Shown in pieces: positions 48,778 to 56,426 of a stretch of DNA of 64,000 bases. Origin of the DNA: an uncultured Acidobacteriota bacterium (lineage in GTDB: Bacteria > Acidobacteriota > Terriglobia > Acidiferrales > UBA7541). Each line of letters begins with the position of its first letter. The stretch's first letter is position 1. The translations under genes and the position numbers were made by a program. Under the pieces are notes generated by a model. That model did not search any database and was not told the DNA's origin. It was given only the letters and a program-made list of their open reading frames with translations. Location of the stretch: the NCBI GenBank assembly GCA_963719845.1, contig CAVRDM010000016.1, positions 14,654 through 78,653 of the forward strand, read 5' to 3'.

Positions 48778-50220
48778 TCAGCGAGCCGCCAGCGCGAACC
48801 GTTTCAATTGCACCCCAGATTCCACGGGCGCAATTTCGGGCTGTTTTCGGAGACAGATATTGTGCAGGGCCACGTTTAACCCGAGCAGGTACCACAGATG
48901 TGGATAATAGAGGACAGTAATAAAAGCCCCGCTGACCATATAGCCCACGAACGCCAAATCCAATCCGATCGACAACCTGTATTCAAAACTTTTGCGGTTT
49001 GCCAACCCCAACGTTTTTAGGTGCCTTCGCGTGCGGCTATTTACGCGCAGGAAAAAGAACCAAATCAGGAGCAGCGGCACAGTGCCGGCTATGCCTGTTT
49101 CCGATAGGGCTTGCACATAAATGCTGTGCGGGGCATAAACCGTCGGAGTCAAGGCCGCTCCGCCATAATCAAACACATAAGACGTACGGAAATTCCCGAT
49201 TCCGACGCCAAAAAGTGGATGATCCTCGAACATGTGAAGACCAGCGCCCCATAACGTGAATCGCATTTGCGCTGTATCATCTTGGGATGGGTGTAAAGCC
49301 GAGCGCATGCGCTCCCCAGTGGGTCCGGGCAAAAGATAAAAAGTACCTAGGGCGAAGAACAGGACCATAGCCCCGCCCACGATGCGCTTGGGATTCTTCG
49401 CCCAAATTGTAAACGCTGCCACAGCCGCTCCCAACACCGCGCCCCTCGATCCGCAGAGCAAAATGGAAATCAAGAAGGATACAAAACATAGGAGCAGGAA
49501 AAGCTTGGGAAGCTTTTTGGGTTCCCCGAACAGCAATGAGCCGGCGAGCGGCCACACCACGCACATCGCCACCCCGAAATCTTCTCCATTTCCGAAGAAA
49601 TCGCTCGAGCCCGCCCCTACCCCGCGCGAGTCGAGAAATGATGCACTCCGCCCAAATGCCTGCTGAGTGAGATAATCCCGAATTTCAAATTGAGACAACT
49701 TCAAACACAGCAAGAGGAATAAGAAAATGAAAATGCGCAATCGCCAGGAACCGGTTAGGGAGCGAGAAATCATAAAGTAAACGACCGCCCAGGTCACCAT
49801 GGCGACAACGTTTTCTAATTGGAAGAGACCAGAAAACAGGGCGGACATGATACAAGCGACTAGAAATGCAAGCATCGCGAAGTCTAGGCTACCTGAGCTG
49901 GACCTTTGCTGACCGCTTGGGGGTCGAGCGGAAGTCAATAATCCGACTATCGTGATCACTACTACAAGTTTCATTATCGGAATTGCCTGAAGTATCGGGT
50001 ACATCGACGGCAACCTGGTGTACTCGATGAACATATAGGATAGAACTCCAAAAAACGCCAAATTCCAGCCCGGCTCAATCGGCTTGGACCCGTTAACAGA
50101 TTGGGTCGCGTTCGTCCTCCCTGTTACTGTGCCGTTTGAACGGGCCACAGACCCTACGCCCTTGCCGGGAGCGTATGGAGATTCTTGGATAGAATTATCA
50201 AACTTAGTTAGGTGTGGCAT
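48778..50220 (-). CDS. O-antigen ligase/polymerase (Wzy-like) family membrane protein, probable exosortase-system-associated O-glycosylation ligase
   Basis: 480 aa with about 11 helices. The large periplasmic-loop region HPLFGVGIGNF...YAPHSIYVQALSETGI is typical of the Wzy_C/O-antigen ligase domain. Confidence 0.75.
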   Translation of the reverse strand: MPHLTKFDNSIQESPYAPGKGVGSVARSNGTVTGRTNATQSVNGSKPIEPGWNLAFFGVLSYMFIEYTRLPSMYPILQAIPIMKLVVVITIVGLLTSARPPSGQQRSSSGSLDFAMLAFLVACIMSALFSGLFQLENVVAMVTWAVVYFMISRSLTGSWRLRIFIFLFLLLCLKLSQFEIRDYLTQQAFGRSASFLDSRGVGAGSSDFFGNGEDFGVAMCVVWPLAGSLLFGEPKKLPKLFLLLCFVSFLISILLCGSRGAVLGAAVAAFTIWAKNPKRIVGGAMVLFFALGTFYLLPGPTGERMRSALHPSQDDTAQMRFTLWGAGLHMFEDHPLFGVGIGNFRTSYVFDYGGAALTPTVYAPHSIYVQALSETGIAGTVPLLLIWFFFLRVNSRTRRHLKTLGLANRKSFEYRLSIGLDLAFVGYMVSGAFITVLYYPHLWYLLGLNVALHNICLRKQPEIAPVESGVQLKRFALAAR

Positions 50221-50265
50221 GTCTTAAGCCGTAGTGCCAGAGCCTCAAATCGTATGTCGCTTCAC

Positions 50266-50279
50266 TTTAGGTTAACCTA
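50266..50279. promoter_or_regulatory. Perfect 14-bp palindrome TTAGGTTAACCTAA in the divergent intergenic region
   Basis: Read directly. It lies ~45 nt upstream of the start (50220) of the 12-gene minus-strand operon, inside a 680-bp gene-free divergent region. Confidence 0.3.
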
Positions 50280-50901
50280 AGGTACGAGGCTAGGCCCAGT
50301 TGATTGTTTGGGTACGTTGCCTGATTTAGAAAGCCTCGCTTTATATTGCGAGACATTGAGCACGAGAGATTCCATTTGGCGTCGCCCCTATTGGGCTCCT
50401 GCTATAGATATAAGTCCTTTTTACTTCATGGTGATAGCCAAGAAAGCGTCGCTAAAGCCCGGCTATCGAAACGACGCTTTTACGGGAGCTTAGGGCTCCA
50501 GGAGTTCACGGTCCCGAAGTTCGTCGATCTTCCTTGCACTCGCAGCTTCGGATTCTCAATTAAACCCAAACAGCTGAGCGCTATCAGGTCAGCAAAATCG
50601 CGAAAAGATGGCTATAAGTCCTGGTTCGCTGAGAAGGTCCGGCGCGTCGTCTCATACCACAGCTCACAACACCCTAATTTAGTTCTCTTTTGTGGAAGAT
50701 TCTTGCACCCGTTCATTCCTTCCCTGACTTATCGTCGGCACGAAAGAATCTTCGTGAAGGAGAACGGGGCTAATTTCTGCTAAGCAACTGAAATGATGAG
50801 CCTTACGTGTGCAACTTACTTGGTCCATGACCGCCATAATAGCATCGGTTGGTCTTCGGATTGCTCAATAATGATAGCGCCAGCACATCAGTCACTCTCT
50901 C

Positions 50902-51837
50902 ATGGGACGGAAGCCAACCTACAATCCGGCAAGACCAAAACCCGCAGACACGCTCAGCGATGTGCTCACTGTGGACGTTGAGGACTATTATCACGTCGAA
51001 GCTTTCGCGGATCGTATCTCGGCCCGCTCCTGGCCGGATTATCCTTCTAGGGTACGGGAAAACACACGGCGGATCTTGCGGATTTTTGGGGAGCATGGAT
51101 GTCGCGGGACTTTCTTCGTATTGGGCTGGGTAGCCGAGCGAGATCCGATTCTCATCCGCGAAATTGTTGCCGCCGGCCACGAAGTGGCCTGCCACAGTTA
51201 TGCCCACCGTCGCGTCAATTCACTTACCCCGGAAGAGTTTCGCGAGGATTTGCGACGCGCACGTACCGCAATCGAGGATGCCGCGGGCCTGCGCGTATCG
51301 GGCTATCGCGCGCCCACCTTTTCCATCGGTCGCGATAATTTATGGGCTTTAGAGATTCTCGCGGAAGAGGGTTTCCTCTACGATTCGAGCATTTTTCCGA
51401 TCCGCCACGATGTTTATGGGTTTCCGGGAGCCCCCCGTTTTCCCCATCATCTGAAATTGCAATCGAAGCGGGAACTGTTCGAAATTCCAATGAGCACAGT
51501 ACGAATAGGTGGAATGGCTTGGCCTGCGGGCGGCGGTGGATATCTGCGCCTTATTCCCATGCCCTACACGCGATGGGCAGTGCAGCAGATTCATGAAAAG
51601 GAACGCCAGCCTGTCATTTTGTATTTGCATCCTTGGGAACTTGATCCGGAACAACCGCGAATAGCCGGCAAATGGAAGTCCCGATTACGCCACTATGTGG
51701 GTTTGACGGGTATGGAGAAGCGCTTACGGGAGCTGCTTACCTCTGGAACATATATTACCGCCATGGAACTTGTGCAGCGCCTGAGTCCGAATGTTACGGC
51801 CGCTCGTACGGGCGTTCCCGTCTTGGCGGCTGATTAA
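50902..51837 (+). CDS. XrtA/PEP-CTERM locus-type polysaccharide deacetylase (DUF3473 / TIGR03006-like)
   Basis: 311 aa. Contains LTVDVEDYYHVEAFADRIS, GCRGTFFVLGWVAERDP and HEVACHSYAHRRV, plus a C-terminal DUF3473-like region. Confidence 0.85.
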   Translation: MGRKPTYNPARPKPADTLSDVLTVDVEDYYHVEAFADRISARSWPDYPSRVRENTRRILRIFGEHGCRGTFFVLGWVAERDPILIREIVAAGHEVACHSYAHRRVNSLTPEEFREDLRRARTAIEDAAGLRVSGYRAPTFSIGRDNLWALEILAEEGFLYDSSIFPIRHDVYGFPGAPRFPHHLKLQSKRELFEIPMSTVRIGGMAWPAGGGGYLRLIPMPYTRWAVQQIHEKERQPVILYLHPWELDPEQPRIAGKWKSRLRHYVGLTGMEKRLRELLTSGTYITAMELVQRLSPNVTAARTGVPVLAAD

Positions 51838-52191
51838 GCCTGCCCTAGGTCGAATCCGTCGTTCATTTCACTTCATGACGATGTTGCTTTTTTTTTTTTT
51901 TGTTTTTTTCCTGTTTTTTTTGTGGCGTCGTGTTTTGGTTGCTCTGGGTCGTTGTTGGCTTGTCCCGGGCGGGCCCCGTCGCCGGGGCCCTTCCGCTTCC
52001 GGCGCCGGGCGGCGGCCCGCCCCGGTGGCGCCCCCGGGCCGCCGCCGGCCCGCGCGCGCGCGCCGCGGCCCCGCCGCGGCCGGGCGGCGCGCCGCCGCGG
52101 GCCCGGCGCCCCCGCGCGAGGCCGCGGCGGGCCCCGGGGCGCGGCCGCCCGCGCCGCGGCGCGGAGAGGCGGCGGGGGAGGCCTTCGTGGC

Positions 52192-52229
52192 GCAGACCGC
52201 TCGCGGCTACGGTGCGCGTCGATTGCCTT
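52192..52229 (+). repeat. Direct repeat copy 1 (GCAGACCGCT...GGTGCGCGTCGATTGCCTT)
   Basis: It matches 52618..52647 with a 5-6 nt gap and a GA/AG swap. The two copies bracket the T-free GC block, and the GGTGCGCGTC cores are 418 nt apart. Confidence 0.7.
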
Positions 52230-52617
52230 CGGATTCTCAGGCAGATGCCGCGGGCGGGCGGGCGGGGCGGCCGCGGCCGAGCCGGGCGGACGGAGAATAT
52301 TGGAAGACAAACGTCCGCGACGAGCCACGTGCGCGGGCGCGAGAGCGAGCGCGGAGCGGGCCCGGCGGGCGGGCGGCGCGCGCAGACGACGGCCGCCGAC
52401 CGGCGACCCCCGCCCGCGGCGGCGGCGCGCGCGCGCGGAGCGAGCCGCCGGCGCGAGGCAGGCGCGGGCGGGCGGCAGAGCACGAGCGCGGCGGGCGGCC
52501 GCCGGCGGCGCCAGAGGCGCGGGACGGCGCCGGCCCGGCGGGCGCGCGGCCGCGCCGGCGGCGGCGGCGGCGCGAGACCGCGGCACCACTAAGAAGCTTC
52601 ACTGCGGTTCGCTGCGG

Positions 52618-52647
52618 CAGACCGCTTAGGTGCGCGTCAGTTGCCTT
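52618..52647 (+). repeat. Direct repeat copy 2 (GCAGACCGCTTAGGTGCGCGTCAGTTGCCTT)
   Basis: See copy 1. It lies at the right border of the GC block. Confidence 0.7.
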
Positions 52648-53045
52648 TGCAGGGTCGGAATTTAAAGCTCGGAGCTGAGCGGGGTGGCGATCTCGCGGCA
52701 ACTTGCCATATTATTCCGCAATCACACGTCGAACGAAGAATGCAATTGCGCCAGACTAACGAGGCGCACCATGCTCCCGCGTGAATGCCAAACCGGAAAT
52801 CTTAATTGGGAGCCAGAAATGCAGAATATTAATTGTTCATGGTCGCAGTTGCTTTTAGTTTGCAGACGAGCCAGGCTGGAACAGTCGCCTCAGACTGGCG
52901 CTCTGTCATTGGCATATTTGTAATAGTAGTGACTACTCTTTTTGTTCTTGTTTTCTTTGCTAGGCGAAAGCCAAATAGTATTGATACTTCTTCTGTGGCG
53001 TTGAAGTTTCCTGAGTGGGACCTGCTGATCCTGTGAGCTTGCCAG

Positions 53046-53563
53046 ATGTTCGCCGCCACCGTTAATTATGGCGAATCAACCGTAAAATGGTATGACGTTG
53101 CCAGAAAGTCAAAAAGAAACGGATCCCAAGTGTTGCGAGCCCTAGCAATAATTCTCGCTTCGAGGGGGCTCTCTTTCCGCTACTCGTTGTGTTTGGGCAG
53201 AGCCAGCCTTGGCTTAGCTGGCTTTCGAATACTCAATGGGGCTATATCGCATTCGCAACCGCGGGAGCCTGCCTCGCGGCCGATAAGTTTTATGGTTTCT
53301 CTTCGAGTTGGATCGGGACACCAGACGCAGCTGGTAATTCAAGGGACTCTGGCCAATTGAGATAGAGTGGACCGCGCTCGGCGCCAGAATTCAAAATAAT
53401 ACCCCCAGCAACGATCAAATCGAACTCATGCTTAACAAACTTAAGGATTTTGCATATTGTCAATGGGCAGATCGAACAGGAAACTGATGCCTGGATTCTC
53501 GAGCAGAGCGGTATGGCAGGTTCTAACGAAAAACCGCGCGAGCGCGAGGGCAGCAGTAAGTAA
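53046..53563 (+). pseudogene. Decayed 2-TM protein gene, SLATT/DUF4231-like (tentative), with at least 3 frame changes
   Basis: Hand translation across three frames gives MFAATVNYGESTVKWYDVARKSKRNGSQVLRALAIILASRG / ALFPLLVVFGQSQPWLSWLSNTQWGYIAFATAGACLAADKFYGFSSSWI / ..IEIEWTALGARIQNNTPSNDQIELMLNKLKDFAY / VNGQIEQETDAWILEQSGMAGSNEKPREREGSSK*. That is two hydrophobic helices followed by a helical tail. The first shift is at a G5 run (53164..53168). The family call rests on memory of SLATT-type sequences, not on a search. Confidence 0.35.
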
Positions 53564-53942
53564 CGAGATGATGGGGGAGTTAAAGTTTGGCTGGATCATC
53601 AAGACATGCGACAATCGAGGGTACCAATGTTTGTTTACGAATATTGCTCAGGCCTCACGAATATTGATACGCGGCACGAAGGATAATGCGATTTTCGAGG
53701 TCTCGGGAGTCGCTAGAGTGACTGATTCGCAGGCAATAATTAAGTTGCATTCGACTTTAGTTTTGGGAGTGCGTTCTCAATCGATAGTGTGATATTGCAA
53801 CGAAGGAGTGACTAGTGATCGTCGCTATTGGATGATTGTCTTTCGAAACTCAGAATCACAGGCTAATTGACAACGATAGATTAACCTCAAAGCCGGCGGG
53901 ATGTATCTAGGGTTAGGTAGGATAGTGGAATTGTGCTGCGCC

Positions 53943-55319
53943 CTACTTGCCGCCCCGTCCGAATACGACCGTCTTGATGGTCCGGAAAACGATTAGCATA
54001 TCCAAACCAAAAGAGACATTTTTTATGTAGTAGAGATCGTATCTAAGCTTCTCTTTGGCATCGTCCAGCGTATTCCCGTATTTATAGCAGACTTGCGCCC
54101 ACCCGGTGATTCCCGGACGGACATTGTTTCGCAGCCGGTAGTACGGGATTTCCCGAGCGAGCCATTCGACGAATTCGGGCCGCTCCGGCCGGGGCCCCAC
54201 GAATTCCATGTCGCCGCGCAACACATTCCACAGTTGCGGGATTTCGTCTAAGCGCGTAAGGCGCAAAAATTTGCCCACTCTCGTGATTCGAGGATCGTCG
54301 TCACACGCCCACGTGGGGCCGCTGTCGGCTTCCGCATTGGGCCGCATGGACCGAAACTTGTAGCAATCGAAGATTTCACCTCGTAAGCCCACGCGCTTCT
54401 GCCGGTACAGAATCGGGCCAGGAGAACTCAGGCGTATGAGCAGGATAATAATGGGAAGCAGCGGAAGCGTAATTATGGAAAGTAACAGGGCTGCCAGCGT
54501 CGAAAACACAGGCTGCAACATTCTTTGCGGCTGTGTCAGACGGAAGCCATCACCAAAGATCAGCCAACTGGGATGCAGGCTGTCCAATTCAATTTGGCCT
54601 GAAAGCTTCTCGAGCAGCGTCGTTCCATCGTCGATTCGCACACCCTGCATGCGCAATTCCAGGAGGTCGTGCACCGGCATGGCCGACCTGCGGTCCTTCA
54701 GAGCGACGATGACCCGGTCCACCGACCTGGTGCTTCCGAGTTCGCGGCAGATCTTGCCTAGCGAATCGCCCGTCATTTCCTCGTTCCCCGCTTCTCCTGC
54801 CCACCCGACCATGTCCATTCCCAGCTCGGCCCGCATCCGAATCGCCTGCAGGATCCGTAGGGCACGTTCACCATTGCCCAGCAGGTAGACCCGCTCGCGA
54901 AGCGACGGCAGGTCCAGCAGGCGGTCAAAGCACCAACGCCATAGAATCCACGTGAGCGCCAGAATACACAGCCCTGTCACGAAAACACTCCGTCCGATCA
55001 GAAACTGCGGAAAGATAAATGTGAGGCCCGCGAGCAAGATAGAAAGCGTCCCGATCAACAGCAGAATGCGCAGGTAAACCTCGGCCGATTTCCCCAAGGC
55101 CCGCGAGTCATGCAGCTCCAGGTAGTGCGAACACAGCAATGCCAGCAGCGCCACTCCGAGAATTTTCCATACGGCGTGCTCATGATTGAAAACCAGCGAA
55201 CTATGCTCTCCGAAATGAATAAACACGGCCAGCGCGAAAGAGGCGCAGATCGCCGCAATCTCCCCAGCCAAAAGCACTAAAGTTCGAGTCGGAACGTATA
55301 GATTGAAGATGCGGATCAC
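53943..55319 (-). CDS. Polyprenyl-phosphate sugar phosphotransferase (initiating enzyme), PEP-CTERM-system EpsB type (TIGR03013-like)
   Basis: 458 aa. N-terminus MIRIFNLYVPTRTLVLLAGE with 4-5 TM helices. The C-terminal bacterial sugar transferase domain contains PGPILYRQKRVGLRGEIFDCYKFRSM...RLDEIPQLWNVLRGDMEFVGPRPERPEF. Confidence 0.9.
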   Translation of the reverse strand: MIRIFNLYVPTRTLVLLAGEIAAICASFALAVFIHFGEHSSLVFNHEHAVWKILGVALLALLCSHYLELHDSRALGKSAEVYLRILLLIGTLSILLAGLTFIFPQFLIGRSVFVTGLCILALTWILWRWCFDRLLDLPSLRERVYLLGNGERALRILQAIRMRAELGMDMVGWAGEAGNEEMTGDSLGKICRELGSTRSVDRVIVALKDRRSAMPVHDLLELRMQGVRIDDGTTLLEKLSGQIELDSLHPSWLIFGDGFRLTQPQRMLQPVFSTLAALLLSIITLPLLPIIILLIRLSSPGPILYRQKRVGLRGEIFDCYKFRSMRPNAEADSGPTWACDDDPRITRVGKFLRLTRLDEIPQLWNVLRGDMEFVGPRPERPEFVEWLAREIPYYRLRNNVRPGITGWAQVCYKYGNTLDDAKEKLRYDLYYIKNVSFGLDMLIVFRTIKTVVFGRGGK

Positions 55320-55332
55320 TGTTCGTTACTCT

Positions 55333-56262
55333 TCATTCTTTCGCTTTTCCGTAATCGTAGTAATACGAACCGTACGCTGAACCGCTTTCCACCGAATTGA
55401 GCACGGCGCCGAGCACGTTCTTTCCCTGTAATTCCTGGCGGGCCCGCTGGGCGGAGGCCACCGGCGTCGATGCCGCACGCACCACCAGCAATATCGCGTC
55501 GCACAGATCGGCGATGACCCGGGCATCCGAGACCATCAAGCAGGGGGGAGAATCCACAATTATCCAATTAAAAATCGGCATCAGGCGGTTCAACAGAGTT
55601 TTCATCCGCCCATTCAACAGCAATTCGCTGGGGTTGGTCACCGTGCCCCCGCCGGGGATGAAATACAGTTCCTCCTCCAGGCCCCGTTGAATGATTGCCG
55701 TCTCGTCCGCATCGCCTTGCAAATATTCGCTTAGGCCCGGGCTCGACGGAGCCCCCAACGGAACATGCAGGTGCGGCCGGCGCAGATCGGCGTCTATGAT
55801 CAACGCGCTGCGGCCTGCCTGGCGGGCCAGCGCCTGCGCCAGATTGCTGGTCACAAATGACTTTCCTTCGCTCGGCACTGCGCTGGTCACCAGAATACTT
55901 CTGAGCTGTTGTTCGCCCCGAATCTGATATAGCCGCGATCGCAGCGTGCGAAATTGTTCCGCGGCATGCGCGGTAATGGAGGGATTGGAAAAAACATTTA
56001 CGTTGGGTAGCAGCTTCCAGTGAGGCTGATAGCAATGCGTCCGCAACCCCTCCAGGGTAAGGTGCTCGGTGGGCGGTGGAGCGACCAGCGTTTGCGTAAA
56101 AATGCCGCTCGCCACCGCGGCGGCCGTTTCCCCCCGCCCCGACCCTTGCGCGTCTCTTCTTACGGGATCAAATGCTGTATCGGCCCCCGAGGCCGCCTCG
56201 GCGGTAGTAGCGGCGGCACGTTCATTTTCAGCCCTCTTCAGTGCTTCGTGAATGCGACTCAT
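55333..56262 (-). CDS. Chain-length-determinant-associated tyrosine autokinase (BY-kinase, EpsG/TIGR03018-like)
   Basis: 309 aa. N-terminus MSRIHEALKRAENE, Walker A VTSAVPSEGKSFVTSNLA, Walker A' LIIDADLRRP, Walker B IIVDSPPCL. The Tyr-rich tail is GSAYGSYYYDYGKAKE. Confidence 0.85.
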   Translation of the reverse strand: MSRIHEALKRAENERAAATTAEAASGADTAFDPVRRDAQGSGRGETAAAVASGIFTQTLVAPPPTEHLTLEGLRTHCYQPHWKLLPNVNVFSNPSITAHAAEQFRTLRSRLYQIRGEQQLRSILVTSAVPSEGKSFVTSNLAQALARQAGRSALIIDADLRRPHLHVPLGAPSSPGLSEYLQGDADETAIIQRGLEEELYFIPGGGTVTNPSELLLNGRMKTLLNRLMPIFNWIIVDSPPCLMVSDARVIADLCDAILLVVRAASTPVASAQRARQELQGKNVLGAVLNSVESGSAYGSYYYDYGKAKE

Positions 56263-56426
56263 GACTTCCTTTCAGCTCGTCGTGCTTAGGGCGCTGGTAC
56301 TGTTGTACTAAAGTTATCTCAGTCCATCCGCCTGTCTTCGGTCCAACTGTGGCTCCCTATCAGCCTTTCGGGCAGCATCCACGTGCTCCCCGCTCTTATC
56401 CTACTCACCCGATGCCTGCGTATCCA

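Larger units (their letters stand above)
51882..52660. other. Ultra-GC low-complexity block preceded by T-tracts; non-coding or foreign, nature unknown
   Basis: T14-G-T7-CCTG-T8 (51888..51921), then ~0.65 kb at roughly 85-90% G+C by hand count, against ~55-58% in the flanks. No A from 51882 to 52118 and no T from 52331 to 52589. Contains (CG)6 runs, GGGCGGGCGG clusters and (GGC)5. All six frames are open. Confidence 0.9.

Noticed and set aside
50346-50783. 145-aa ORF in the divergent intergenic region.
   Set aside because: It has no SD, no recognisable domain and an irregular composition. The region is more likely regulatory. This remains unresolved rather than disproved.
51882-52660. Idea that the GC block is one giant perfect hairpin, with the A-free left arm pairing with the T-free right arm.
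   Set aside because: The left arm starts with long T-tracts that have no A-rich partner at the right end. The only complementary stretches I could find by eye are (CG)n-type low-complexity runs, which are self-complementary anyway. This needs computation and is not claimed.
51791-52701. Six long overlapping ORFs (51791..52678+, 51900..52592+, 51922..52629+, 51863..52483-, 51873..52589-, 52237..52701-) encoding Arg/Pro/Ala/Gly-rich proteins. One begins with a poly-Phe helix translated from the T-tracts.
   Set aside because: All six frames are open simply because the block almost lacks A/T and therefore stop codons. The sequences are low-complexity, their codon composition is unlike every real gene in the window, and they are mutually overlapping. 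They are treated as compositional artefacts, not CDSs.
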